Positions 40,595-50,896 of a stretch of 64,000 nucleotides of DNA are shown piece after piece. The first letter of the stretch is position 1. The number at the start of each line of letters is the position of its first letter. A program made the position numbers and the translations under genes. Source of the stretch: an uncultured Gammaproteobacteria bacterium (lineage in GTDB: Bacteria; Cyanobacteriota; Vampirovibrionia; LMEP-6097); assembly GCA_964512985.1 (NCBI GenBank), contig CAZELI010000004.1, positions 17,782-81,781 of the forward strand, read 5' to 3'. Below the pieces are notes generated by a model. It had not been told where the DNA came from, made no database searches, and saw only the letters and a list, made by a program, of their open reading frames with translations.

Positions 40595-41356
40595 TTAATC
40601 ACCTACTCCAGCACCAACTGGTGCTATCGTTTCTGTTTCCTCTCTAGCATTATCGTTCCTATGGCTACTTCTTTCTGCCTTAGAGCTGCTAGAGTCTTCT
40701 TTAGCCGCCGCCGCATCAGCTGCATTCTTATCTATTAGACTTGATATTTTTTGTAGACCTTCTTTAATTGGATTATAGAAAGTTCTACTTATTAAGCCTG
40801 ATTGATTTTCATCCTTAGTTAAATTATCAGCAACAGTTTTAAAGTCAGCGATAAGTTTTGTTATATCTTCGTCTTTGACGGGTTTACCTTCACTTAAACT
40901 ATCTTGAGCAGAAGCAATCCTACCAATTAATGACTGCATTTCACTTTGTCGTTCTCTACTCACACCAACCTTCTCTAGCGCGTCCGCTGACGAGATTGCA
41001 GCTTCTTCCCTGGCATCGGCTACTTCAGTCTTAGCTTGGTTTACTTGAGCTAGAGTTGCTTGCCGTTGGGCCTTTAAATCTTGAAGAGCTGCCTGGTCAA
41101 CTACAGTTTTAGTTTTACCACATGCTCCTCCATCCACCTCTTTGGTTGGTGGAGTACCTATCTTTTCATTGACACTATCTAAGTTTAATTGTTTTGTTTC
41201 TAGTAAACTTTCTTTGGCAGAAATTGCATTTTGAGCTTGAGCAGCCTTAGAAGCTGCTAGATCAGAAGCTAAATTTCCATTTGAAATTTCAGAACTTTTA
41301 GCACTTACGTCCTGTATAGCTTGCTTTAATTGTGATTTGATACTTGTTTCTACCAT
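40595..41356 (-). CDS. Orphan Ala/Gln/Ser-rich coiled-coil protein, paralogous to the N-half of 43524-44984
   Basis: Shared PPTK.V......TKTVVD motif; RBS present. Confidence 0.75.
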   Translation of the reverse strand: MVETSIKSQLKQAIQDVSAKSSEISNGNLASDLAASKAAQAQNAISAKESLLETKQLNLDSVNEKIGTPPTKEVDGGACGKTKTVVDQAALQDLKAQRQATLAQVNQAKTEVADAREEAAISSADALEKVGVSRERQSEMQSLIGRIASAQDSLSEGKPVKDEDITKLIADFKTVADNLTKDENQSGLISRTFYNPIKEGLQKISSLIDKNAADAAAAKEDSSSSKAERSSHRNDNAREETETIAPVGAGVGD

Positions 41357-41368
41357 TATTTCCCGTCC

Positions 41369-42859
41369 CTATGCTTGTCCGTTTGGTACAGCGTCTGCTG
41401 CTGATCCTCCTAAGATATCAGTACTTTGTCTAATCAGACCACGAGCTTGATCTAAAGTTACTGAAGAATTGATACTATTTTTAAACTGAGTAAAGGCATC
41501 ACTTGATCTACCACTTGTGTCAGTATTGGTTGGACTAGTGGGACCTCTACCACTATGATCCTCTTGAGGACCAACATAATTATAGATAGTTCCACCTTGA
41601 TTTAAACCAAGCTCAGTGAGTGCGTTTTGGCTTCTTTGGATAGCTAATTGATATGACTCAATACCTTTGCCTCTTGGATCTTTTCCTCCGCCTATATCAT
41701 CAAATGATTCAAAAATTCCAGTAGGAGTGAAGCGTCCAAAGTTTGCTGAGTTTGGATCTAAATCATATTCCCCTTTTTGAAAACCAGGTACTCCATTATC
41801 TTCAGAATAGTGTAGAGGTGCTGGTGCTTTTCCACTAGCAATATCACTAACATTAGTCTTGAATATTAAATCTACAAACTCTTCTAAATGTGCTTTATTC
41901 GTTAAATCATATGGCACACTCATTGCATGGCCGTCAGCATCAAACTCGGTCGTAGTCAGTCCACCAGACATTTTTTTTAGTTCATCTACAAATCTAAACT
42001 TGACATCTAATAGATCTTTAAGATCTCCATCTTCAACTTTGGTACCTAAATGACCACTCTCTTTGTCAATTTTAATTAATGGTTCACCTTCTGCACCTTT
42101 AATAGGATCGCCATTCTCATCCCGAGGTACTTCAAGCATGAAGTAATCATCACCTTCTTTGATAAAAAATTGAGTACCTAATTTTTTACCATCTTTATCT
42201 TGAAGTCCTTCTACTTCCATGACTCCATCGTTTAGTAGAGCCTTGGCTCCGTCTTGCATGAACTTATCAAAGTTCTGGGTGAATTTTACTTTCAATTCTT
42301 GAAGTTGCTTCTCTGATAAATTTGGATTTTCGATACCAAGCTCGTTAAGCATTTGTCTTAGAACCTGAATCTTAGCTTCAAACACACGAGATCTAGACAT
42401 CTCTTTCTGAGCGACTTTGGCTTCCTGCTTACCCATAATACTATGCCTAGTTGCTTCTTCTAAAGCTTGCTCTGCAAGACCAAGAAGCTTCTTGCCTTGG
42501 TTTCTATCAATAGCACCTTCAGCTACTTTCTCTACGCCTTTAACCATCATCTTGAGTCCTGGACCTTGAACAAAAGGTAGCGCCATCATCGCTGCACCCA
42601 TAGCAATAAACCCCATTCCTACACCAGTTTTGATCGAACCAGTCATCATGAAGGTTTGACCTTGTTGTTTATTCTGTTCAGCACCACTAGCCATATATTT
42701 AGCTACAGCTTGTTGTCTCTCTTGACTTTCTTTTGCAACATCTGCAAGAAAAGCACTTTGGTCTTTTAGATCTTGGTAAGATTGAATTGTACCTTCTTGG
42801 CTCAATCTACTGTTTGAACTAATTGCTTGTGTTGCTTGCTCTTGTATGCTGTTTCCCAT
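41369..42859 (-). CDS. Orphan protein with a Gly/Met-rich hydrophobic segment between coiled coils
   Basis: TGVGMGFIAMGAAMMALPFV; AAGGAG RBS. Confidence 0.75.
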   Translation of the reverse strand: MGNSIQEQATQAISSNSRLSQEGTIQSYQDLKDQSAFLADVAKESQERQQAVAKYMASGAEQNKQQGQTFMMTGSIKTGVGMGFIAMGAAMMALPFVQGPGLKMMVKGVEKVAEGAIDRNQGKKLLGLAEQALEEATRHSIMGKQEAKVAQKEMSRSRVFEAKIQVLRQMLNELGIENPNLSEKQLQELKVKFTQNFDKFMQDGAKALLNDGVMEVEGLQDKDGKKLGTQFFIKEGDDYFMLEVPRDENGDPIKGAEGEPLIKIDKESGHLGTKVEDGDLKDLLDVKFRFVDELKKMSGGLTTTEFDADGHAMSVPYDLTNKAHLEEFVDLIFKTNVSDIASGKAPAPLHYSEDNGVPGFQKGEYDLDPNSANFGRFTPTGIFESFDDIGGGKDPRGKGIESYQLAIQRSQNALTELGLNQGGTIYNYVGPQEDHSGRGPTSPTNTDTSGRSSDAFTQFKNSINSSVTLDQARGLIRQSTDILGGSAADAVPNGQA

Positions 42860-42883
42860 GTCTTGCTCCTTGACTAATGTACC

Positions 42884-43519
42884 TTAAGAAAAATATGTTT
42901 CTGCAACTAAACCTCTATCTATCATTGCTTTAGCTATGCTTTTTGCATTTTTGAAACTAGTTCCTTCCCATAAAAATTTAAAGGTATTAATATAGTCTCT
43001 AAATACTTTTTTGTAGGCTTTAATATGCCAGATAATGAATCTAGCTGCTGTATCTGAATCTAAGTGATATAGAGGAATATGCTTGAGAACATAGTCATTC
43101 TTAAACATTTCTTTGGCTAAGCGTAGAGTCCTAACATCTTTCAAGTTTATATCTATTGAATTAGATGCTTGAATTTGAATTGCTTTTATTTCTGCTTCTG
43201 ATAATTTTTCTTTATCCCTGATATATTTATCGTTAGGCATACTGAAGATATTGATATGATTAGCTTCTTCGTCAAGGCAATTATAAATAACTTTGCCATG
43301 GTCAACTTCTATCGTTACCATCCAGAACCCGGTCTTATCGTCATTCTCGGCACTAATCATTACTGTGCCACTGTTTAAATCTGCTCCCTTGCGAAAATGT
43401 TCTTCTTGAGCCACTGCTGCTCTTAAAACTTCCATGATATTAGGCTTGCCAGAATAAATCTCTAGAAGCTTCTCTTCATATAGTTTAGTTTTTTGTAGAT
43501 ATGTTGTTAATGTTACCAT
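42884..43519 (-). CDS. Hypothetical cytoplasmic protein
   Basis: In operon with tight spacing to neighbours. Confidence 0.7.
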   Translation of the reverse strand: MVTLTTYLQKTKLYEEKLLEIYSGKPNIMEVLRAAVAQEEHFRKGADLNSGTVMISAENDDKTGFWMVTIEVDHGKVIYNCLDEEANHINIFSMPNDKYIRDKEKLSEAEIKAIQIQASNSIDINLKDVRTLRLAKEMFKNDYVLKHIPLYHLDSDTAARFIIWHIKAYKKVFRDYINTFKFLWEGTSFKNAKSIAKAMIDRGLVAETYFS

Positions 43520-43523
43520 GTTA

Positions 43524-44984
43524 TTACCTTCTTCCTCCTCTCGCTAATGGTGAGTTTGCATACTGACCACCGTACCCAGAACCCACTCCTGTACCTGCTC
43601 CTACAGCACTACCTGAGTTTGTTGAAGCTAGTCCATAGTTTTCTGACAATGTATCTACCAACACATTAGTATCATCTATTAATAATTTCACATCGTCATC
43701 AGAAACTGAACCACCACTACTTAGAACTTGATCCATTACTCTTAGTCTCTCTCCAATAGCATTCAAGGCTTTATGATCTATATCAGTAAGTCCTTTAAAG
43801 TTGTTAGGATTTGCGATAGCTGCAACTCTGCCTGCAACATCATTAAATCCATCTAGGTTACCAGTTTGTCCACTACGAGTTAAGTTCTTAACAATAGATT
43901 CGGCATGAGTTGACATAGTATCAAACTCTATAGTCAGTAAGCTATTGAAATCTCCTCCACCAGAGGATAGAGTAGTACCTAACGCACTACTATCATTAAT
44001 TAGTTTGCTAATATCTTCAGCTGTGATATCTCTGTTTCTATTTACATTGTTGATCAAGTTATTAACCTGATCCATTACTTTAGTCATCTTCGCTTCATCT
44101 TCAGTATTGAAAGCTCCTAAGAACTTAGCATCTGGACTATTTGGTGAGTGTTTCGCAATATTAATCTGAGCATCTTGAAGTAGTGATTTGGTTACACCGT
44201 CAATAATTGGATCTGATCCATCTGGCCCTGGACTAGACAATCTATCGATTAGAGTAGTCATGCCTTGATCATAATCTTCAAAGAATTTTGAATAGTTTGA
44301 TGACTTATCTCCAGCAGGAATGGTATAAGCAGATGGAGTTGTTGCTTTAACGAATTTATCCTGGATCTCAGTCATGCCACCAGTTACTTCTTTCCAGAAG
44401 TCAGCTAACTGCGTGTTTGCTGCATCTGGTAACTCTTCTCCAAGAACACCAATTTGCTCTACTGCAGTTTTAAGTTTGTCTTGGAATTCATCTCCTTCCA
44501 AATTAGTTTGTGGATCATCAGCCATGGTTTTGAGTTGTGACATTAAATCAGACAGGTCACTCATAGAGTTTTGTTGATCCTCGCTAATTCCAGCTCCCTC
44601 TAAAGCTTGTGAAGTTAATCGTTCTGCTTCAGCTCTAGCGTCCTCTACTGTTTGCTTAGCTTGTTGAATTTGTACGTCAGCAGCTCTTACTTGAGCTTGT
44701 AATTTATCTTTCTCAACTTCATCTACTACTGTTTTAGTACCACCCTTCTTCCTCTCTGATTGAACTTGTTTGGTAGGAGGAGGTGATAATTTATCTTCAG
44801 CTTGATTCTTAGTCATTTCTGCACTAGTCACAGAAGCTTCTGAAGATTTAACTCTGTCATTAGCAGCTTGAATTTGTGAATCTAAAATTCTTTGATCTCT
44901 GTCACTAGCCGTGGCCTCATCAACCTTACCTTGGGCTTTGGTTATAGCCGATTTGATGTCAGAGATTGATACTTTTATTGGCAT
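43524..44984 (-). CDS. Orphan acidic coiled-coil protein
   Basis: AGAGGA RBS before ATG 44984; no signal peptide; Cys-free. Confidence 0.75.
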   Translation of the reverse strand: MPIKVSISDIKSAITKAQGKVDEATASDRDQRILDSQIQAANDRVKSSEASVTSAEMTKNQAEDKLSPPPTKQVQSERKKGGTKTVVDEVEKDKLQAQVRAADVQIQQAKQTVEDARAEAERLTSQALEGAGISEDQQNSMSDLSDLMSQLKTMADDPQTNLEGDEFQDKLKTAVEQIGVLGEELPDAANTQLADFWKEVTGGMTEIQDKFVKATTPSAYTIPAGDKSSNYSKFFEDYDQGMTTLIDRLSSPGPDGSDPIIDGVTKSLLQDAQINIAKHSPNSPDAKFLGAFNTEDEAKMTKVMDQVNNLINNVNRNRDITAEDISKLINDSSALGTTLSSGGGDFNSLLTIEFDTMSTHAESIVKNLTRSGQTGNLDGFNDVAGRVAAIANPNNFKGLTDIDHKALNAIGERLRVMDQVLSSGGSVSDDDVKLLIDDTNVLVDTLSENYGLASTNSGSAVGAGTGVGSGYGGQYANSPLARGGRR

Positions 44985-45002
44985 ATCTAGTCCTCTTGCA
45001 AA

Positions 45003-45055
45003 TACCAATCTCTAGAGATTGGTACCCTGGACTATAATTAACCTATGTAGGTTAA
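45003..45055. promoter_or_regulatory. Two palindromes upstream of the orphan operon
   Basis: Perfect 22-bp TACCAATCTCTAGAGATTGGTA (45003-45024); TTAACCTA-TG-TAGGTTAA (45038-45055). Confidence 0.45.
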
Positions 45056-45129
45056 GCCTTGGTTAAGTATTTGAACAATATTTGAAATATCCTGAATTCA
45101 TGTAGCTATTTAACTTATAATCTGTCAAT

Positions 45130-45285
45130 TTAAGGAGACCGATACCCGTTGCTGTCATTGCGAGGAGCGCGCAGCGCGACGAAGCAATCCACTCTACGGC
45201 GAGTATGATTATGGCTTTAGAGTGGATTGCTTCGCTCCACTTCGTTCCGCTCGCAATGACGGATTACGGGTATCGGTTCCCTTAA
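45130..45285. repeat. Repeat family A variant (45154-45260) inside an outer IR shell
   Basis: GTCATTGCGAG...GCAATCCACT / AGTGGATTGC...CTCGCAATGAC; flanks ACCGATACCCGT / ACGGGTATCGGT. Confidence 0.9.
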
Positions 45286-45312
45286 GGTGATCTATATAAA
45301 AATGAAAAGTAG

Positions 45313-46722
45313 TTACTTGTGTGACATTATCCTTGGTTCTGGCTTATTTCTTTCCTGAAATTCTGTAACCCTCGAGCTTAGATTTTGCCAATTCTTTTCA
45401 GTAAAAGGCATATCATTAACTAATTCCTCAAGAGCAATAGAAATATTAGTAAGCGAGTTTTCTTCTACTATCTTAATAGGAAGCTTCTTGCTTTCCGATA
45501 TTTTGAAGATTTTGGCATCGGGTTGTGAATAGCTTTTAAGTGCAAATATTATATCTGCTTCGTCTAAACTATTAACTACCCTAAGGTCCATTTCTGATAC
45601 AGAAGCAAAGGCTCTTTTTAGTAGAGACTTGCTAATAGCATATGGATAAATAGCAATCGCTTTACCATCTTTACTGAAAGGAATACCAGCAAACGCTTCT
45701 TTCTCGGTTTCGCTAGCTCTCTCAAGTATAGTAACTTCATCTGTTTCTTTATCACGTTTCCTGAGTTCAGGATGTATAGGATGTTCGTTAAGAATAGAAT
45801 CCACGCTTGCTGCTACATTCTTATGAACATTCACAGTGTACTTATCAATGATCTCCACGCAAATATCAAAAGTAGGCTTAGAAGCTCTTTCTAAGATAGA
45901 TTTGCGAGTGCCGCGTTTCTTAGCTTCTTCGTCACCGAGAGTTACAGTTTCAATACCACCAACTAAATCACTTAAGGTTGGATTCTGAATAACGTTCTCA
46001 ATACTAATACCATGAGCAGTAGCTACTAGATTGACACCACGCTCAGCAATAGTTCTTGCGGCTTCTGCCTCTTCCTTAGTACCTATCTCATCGATAACTA
46101 TGACTTCTGGCGTATGATTCTCTACTGCTTCAATCATAACGTCGTGTTGTTTCTTGTCGAATGGTAATTGCATGCGACGTGATCTACCAATAGCAGGGTG
46201 AGGTATATCACCATCACCAGCGATCTCATTAGATGTATCAATAACGACGACTCTTTGTTCTCTTTGAGTAGAAAGGAAATGAGCAATCTCTCTAAGCATA
46301 GTAGTTTTACCTACACCTGGGGGACCTAATAATAGAACGGATTTGTTTTGTTCTAAATAGTCCTTGATAATTTCAATGGTTCCAAAAATAGATCTACCAA
46401 TTCTCATGGTGAGTCCAATGATTTCATTAGATTTATTTTTTACACAGCTAATTCTATGAAGTGTGCCTTCTAAACCAGCTCTATTGGAATAATCGAAACT
46501 ACCAACTTGTTTTACTATCGCTTCGATAGTTGCTCTAGTTGCACTTTGGTCTCCTAATATTATGGTTTTATTTTTTGCGAATCTGGCTTCGGGGATTCTC
46601 CCTACATCGACTACGATTTCTATTAATCTTGATAAATCATGTTCTTTGATTGTTTTCTGGAAGTTTGACGGTAAAAGTTGAATAATCTCGTACGCGTCAT
46701 CATTTCTAATGTCTACCATCAA
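45313..46722 (-). CDS. Ycf45/SpoIIIAA-family AAA ATPase
   Basis: TLHRIS, GPPGVGKTT, DTSNEIAGDGDIPHP, EAVENHTPE, ATAHG. Confidence 0.92.
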   Translation of the reverse strand: MMVDIRNDDAYEIIQLLPSNFQKTIKEHDLSRLIEIVVDVGRIPEARFAKNKTIILGDQSATRATIEAIVKQVGSFDYSNRAGLEGTLHRISCVKNKSNEIIGLTMRIGRSIFGTIEIIKDYLEQNKSVLLLGPPGVGKTTMLREIAHFLSTQREQRVVVIDTSNEIAGDGDIPHPAIGRSRRMQLPFDKKQHDVMIEAVENHTPEVIVIDEIGTKEEAEAARTIAERGVNLVATAHGISIENVIQNPTLSDLVGGIETVTLGDEEAKKRGTRKSILERASKPTFDICVEIIDKYTVNVHKNVAASVDSILNEHPIHPELRKRDKETDEVTILERASETEKEAFAGIPFSKDGKAIAIYPYAISKSLLKRAFASVSEMDLRVVNSLDEADIIFALKSYSQPDAKIFKISESKKLPIKIVEENSLTNISIALEELVNDMPFTEKNWQNLSSRVTEFQERNKPEPRIMSHK

Positions 46723-46752
46723 TGTGAGGGTTCTCCTTTTTTTGTTCTGCCG

Positions 46753-46876
46753 AAACTTGTTCCAAAATCGTCCATAACTGTGTTACGCTCGTCCCTCGCC
46801 ATCCTCATTTACGCCCAGTAAACTGCGGTGGCTCGGGACTCGCAAGCCTTGTTCTGAACGATTTTGAAACAAGTTT
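46753..46876 (-). repeat. RPE-like structured element family C, intergenic copy
   Basis: 22-bp terminal IR; core GCGAGTCCCGAG...GAGGGACGAGC.TAAC shared with the coding copies. Confidence 0.85.
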
Positions 46877-47097
46877 AATGAAAATGATTTAAGAAATTTT
46901 TCTTTTGATTTAATATTTAATTTGATAATTTTACGGTGAGCTATCATCTCTTAGTAATATTCTACCTCTAGTTTTCTAAATTGTAACTAATATCAGATCC
47001 ACATCATCTAGTCCAAAAGGTTTAAATAACGCCAAAATTAGGTTCTTCCACCTAACTCAGATAAAATTTAATTATGCTAAAAAATTGTTCCGCAGAA

Positions 47098-48171
47098 CTA
47101 GCTCAGTAATTCAGGTCTAATGTAATGCTTATCTTTAGTGTTAGCAAGCAGAAAACCAGCTGCTTCTAAATAATTATTTACTACTCGGTGAGGGATATTA
47201 AACATGGTCGCTGGTTCATCAAGACTCGTAGTATTGTTCTTAACGCAAAGTACTGTGATCTCATGTCTATGAGCTTCGATTGCTGGAGTACTATTGCAAC
47301 AATCAAACGGCATTACTATGTTAGCTAAATCAGATACAACTATATCTCCAGGCTTACGCTTCAAACCTAAATCAGCAGCGCTAGTGTAAATGTTACTAAG
47401 AATTTTATGAGCGGCATCGAGAGGAATGATTTGTGGTGAATATTGTAAGCATTTAAATACAGAAGCTAAGAAGCTATCACTGAGATACTCTGCGGCTACT
47501 TTAGGGGAGACAAGTTTAGCCTCCTGGTTCTTTTGAGTTCTTCTGATTATGGGTGCATGTGCAGAAGGTTTAATAAAAATACTTGAAACTAAATGCGAGA
47601 TCTTCGCTTCTATGATTCCGATTGGATCAAGTCCTTTGGCTTCGGTATAGTTAATAACAGCAGATGAATCTTGATCTTCATTCAGTACTGCTAAGACAGC
47701 AAGAGCTGTGGCTCCCTTATCTACAGCTCGTTTGCAGGCTTGTAACAAAGTCGTTTGATTTTTGATATTGGTTAAGTCATTAGCTTCGACTGATTCTTCA
47801 GTATAAAAGACCTCTTCCAGAATATCTATGCCATAAACAGTTCTAGCTGCATTAATGCAATTCTCAGTTAAGATTCTCTCCTCTTCATTGGCTGCGGCAT
47901 CAACTATTACTGCAATGCGATGTTTAACATTTAATCTGAGGGCTATTTGTTCTGCAAAGAAACGATCGAGTAAGTATCCTTCTACCACTGCTACATTATG
48001 AGGAATATCAGTAAGCAAAGCGCCATTAACTACATTGGGGTGTGTGATAAGCAGATCTGAAGCTTTAGCAAGTAATCTACAAGCGGGATTCGCATCAGCA
48101 GCATAGCCACCTATACTGGCACCGATCCCAGTGGGTACTATCATGCAATTTATGTTTCGATAGTGATGCAT
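47098..48171 (-). CDS. DUF3326 family protein
   Basis: IVPTGIGASIGGYAADA, ITHPNVVNGA, EAKISHL, AHAP, NYLEAAG. Confidence 0.88.
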   Translation of the reverse strand: MHHYRNINCMIVPTGIGASIGGYAADANPACRLLAKASDLLITHPNVVNGALLTDIPHNVAVVEGYLLDRFFAEQIALRLNVKHRIAVIVDAAANEEERILTENCINAARTVYGIDILEEVFYTEESVEANDLTNIKNQTTLLQACKRAVDKGATALAVLAVLNEDQDSSAVINYTEAKGLDPIGIIEAKISHLVSSIFIKPSAHAPIIRRTQKNQEAKLVSPKVAAEYLSDSFLASVFKCLQYSPQIIPLDAAHKILSNIYTSAADLGLKRKPGDIVVSDLANIVMPFDCCNSTPAIEAHRHEITVLCVKNNTTSLDEPATMFNIPHRVVNNYLEAAGFLLANTKDKHYIRPELLS

Positions 48172-48177
48172 ATGACC

Positions 48178-49506
48178 TTATTTAAACAACGAGGTCTCTT
48201 TAATATTGAAGGCTCGAACACAAGTAAACAATAAAGTCTTAGTAATAAAGAGTGAGCTAAATAAACTTAAAGCAACACCTATCAGTAGTGTAATCGCAAA
48301 TCCTTTAACAATACCAGTGCTAAACATGATGAGGATCAGGCAAACCATGGAAGTATTCATGTTCGAATCGAAAATACTACTATAAGCTTTCTCGACACCA
48401 TCGCGCAGACCGACAAATACAGACTTGCCTTGGTTCATCTCTTCCTTGGCACGTTCAAATATAAGAATATTAGCGTCTACTGCCATACCTATACTAAGAA
48501 TAAATCCAGCGAGTCCAGCGAGTGTCAATGTTATATTCTCCTGGAAAGCATAGAGTGCCATAAGAACATAGATACTCAGTGCGACAGACGCAATTAATCC
48601 AGGTAGTCTATAGATGGCTATCATAAAAATAACTACAGCTAGCATACCCCAGAGACCAGCCTTGACACTCTTAGCGATAGATTCTTGTCCTAGAGTCGCA
48701 CCAATAGATCTCTCTTGAAGAATCTTCACGGGCACAGGAAGCGCACCAGCATTGAGTTGTACGGCTAGGTCTTGTGCTTCATCGACAGTAAAGTTACCAG
48801 TAATCTGTCCACTACCAGCAGTAATCGCTGTCCTAACACTAGGCGCAGAGATAATATTGCCATCTAGAGAAATGCCTAAAGGTTTATTGATTAATCTTGC
48901 TGTAAGATCACCAAAAGCCTTCGCTGCTTCAGGTTTAAGTTCAAAGTCTATTGCCCAAGCACCACCACCAGCAGTACTTACAGATGCTCTCTTAAGATCA
49001 GCACCAGAGATACCTGTGCTAACCCACTCTCCTTCAGGTGTCTCCGTATTAGCTTCACTGCCAGGCTTAGCGATAAATTCTTTAAACTCAAGATGAGCTG
49101 TTCTTAGTAATCTACGTTTCACTGCAGTCGGGTCTGCTCCAGGAACTTCTACCGAAATACGATCCTTACCTACTTGTTGTACTGTTGCTTCAGTAGTACC
49201 AGAAGCATTAACACGGTTCTCAAATACTTTAACCAAACCTCTCATTACTTGCGGAGTGATCTCTTTAACTTGGTCTGTTGGTAAAGCTTGAAACTCGAAT
49301 TGTGAACCGCCTATTAGATCTAATCCTAATTTCATCTTTGTGAAAATATTTAAACCATCTTTACTGTAGACTAATTGCTTTTTGAGCTTGTCATAAACTG
49401 GAGCTTCTGAAGCTGCTGTCCTTTTTATTTCAAATAAACCTTTAATAGCAAAAACTGTAATTGCTATAACAAGTAAAATTTTCCAATTCTCTTTAATAAA
49501 TTGCAT
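48178..49506 (-). CDS. secD: Protein translocase subunit SecD
   Basis: LGLDLIGG, LNAGALPVP, IGATLG, SIGMAVDANILIFER. Confidence 0.97.
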   Translation of the reverse strand: MQFIKENWKILLVIAITVFAIKGLFEIKRTAASEAPVYDKLKKQLVYSKDGLNIFTKMKLGLDLIGGSQFEFQALPTDQVKEITPQVMRGLVKVFENRVNASGTTEATVQQVGKDRISVEVPGADPTAVKRRLLRTAHLEFKEFIAKPGSEANTETPEGEWVSTGISGADLKRASVSTAGGGAWAIDFELKPEAAKAFGDLTARLINKPLGISLDGNIISAPSVRTAITAGSGQITGNFTVDEAQDLAVQLNAGALPVPVKILQERSIGATLGQESIAKSVKAGLWGMLAVVIFMIAIYRLPGLIASVALSIYVLMALYAFQENITLTLAGLAGFILSIGMAVDANILIFERAKEEMNQGKSVFVGLRDGVEKAYSSIFDSNMNTSMVCLILIMFSTGIVKGFAITLLIGVALSLFSSLFITKTLLFTCVRAFNIKETSLFK

Positions 49507-49565
49507 GTAGAAAAGTATATAACATCGTGTTTACTCATCTCATGGACTCTCCCACTCTCTAAAAA

Positions 49566-49704
49566 TATCAAATGTATTTGATAAATATCGGTTAATTTAG
49601 TATTAATATCAATTTCTTTTGATATTAATACTGATTTGCATTAAAATTATAAATATATTTGATATTTTGTTGGATATTGTGGTAAATATCAAATATAATT
49701 GATT
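49566..49704. promoter_or_regulatory. Four TATCA-N8-TGATA operator-like sites upstream of hipA
   Basis: Sites start at 49566, 49607, 49647 (degenerate) and 49687. Confidence 0.7.
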
Positions 49705-49705
49705 T

Positions 49706-50896
49706 ATGGCAGTGAATAATTGGGCTAAGGTTTATTTTCAAGACAGTTTTGCTGGTATCTTAGAGCAAAGACCAGGGGGTGATTATTTATTTAGTTACGA
49801 CGAAGAGTTTCAAAAGAAACAAATATCAATTTCAGCTCAACTGCCTATAAGTAAAAAGGAACACCTTAACAAAAATAACTTGCATCCATTTTTTGATAAC
49901 TTGGTTGCAGAGGGTTCCTTAGCAAAAATACAAGCAAAGTCAATCGGAGCGAACGAAACTGATCGTTTTAAATTATTAATAGCCTTTGGTTCTGATTTAA
50001 TCGGTGCCGTAACAATCGTTGACCCTAATCCTAATTACGAAATAAAAATTGATCCAGAAGATTATTTACAAGAACTTAGCTTACGTTCTAAAGCTTCGAT
50101 ATCTGGTGTTCAGCCAAAACTACTTGCAGTGAAGAAAGGAGCTGATTTCTATCCAGCTAATTACCAAGAAGCTTCTACCCATATCGCAAAATTGCCAGGG
50201 CAGTTTCCATTAATAGTTGAGAATGAATTTTTAACGATGAAAGCAACAGAGATACTTTTATTTAATGACAAAGTTGCTGAAGTTGAAATAGCGGAACTTA
50301 AAGGATTAGGACAGGCACTCTTGGTAAAAAGATTTGATAGAAGAGAAAATGGAGAAAAATTACATTTTGAAGAGTTTACTCAGCTACTAAATGAAATATC
50401 TGATGATAAATATTTTGGCAGTTATAAGGATATGGCTGATTATATTAGTAAGAGTCGCTTATGTGATGAACGTGAGATAGAAAAACTACTTAGAAGAGTA
50501 CTGGCTTGTATTTTATTTGGTAACACTGATGCGCATATGAAAAACTTTGCTATGTTTCGCCAAAGAGATGCTCTGAATCTTACACCAATTTACGATATGG
50601 TTTTTGTAAGATATTACAAGGATCTTGCTAATGAAATGGCTTTAGATTTCGTTCCAAAATTGAAGCCAAGGATTCAAGAGCTAAAACCAAAGCATCTTAA
50701 GATTTTAGCTGAAGAAGGTTTTGGCTTTAACGAGAAAGTACTTTGGAATATAAAAAACGATTTTGAGAAGCGCTTAAATTTAATTTATGAATTCATAGAA
50801 GCTGAAACGCAGATCGATTCACACTTAAGAGAAAAATTTAAGGAGCATATAGAAAAAAGATGGAACGGATTATTCAAAAATATTGGTCAAAAGTAG
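49706..50896 (+). CDS. hipA: HipA family kinase toxin with N-terminal couple_hipA domain
   Basis: LHPFFDNLVAEG, SISGVQPKL, LVKRFDR, GNTDAHMKNF, LTPIYD. Confidence 0.93.
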   Translation: MAVNNWAKVYFQDSFAGILEQRPGGDYLFSYDEEFQKKQISISAQLPISKKEHLNKNNLHPFFDNLVAEGSLAKIQAKSIGANETDRFKLLIAFGSDLIGAVTIVDPNPNYEIKIDPEDYLQELSLRSKASISGVQPKLLAVKKGADFYPANYQEASTHIAKLPGQFPLIVENEFLTMKATEILLFNDKVAEVEIAELKGLGQALLVKRFDRRENGEKLHFEEFTQLLNEISDDKYFGSYKDMADYISKSRLCDEREIEKLLRRVLACILFGNTDAHMKNFAMFRQRDALNLTPIYDMVFVRYYKDLANEMALDFVPKLKPRIQELKPKHLKILAEEGFGFNEKVLWNIKNDFEKRLNLIYEFIEAETQIDSHLREKFKEHIEKRWNGLFKNIGQK

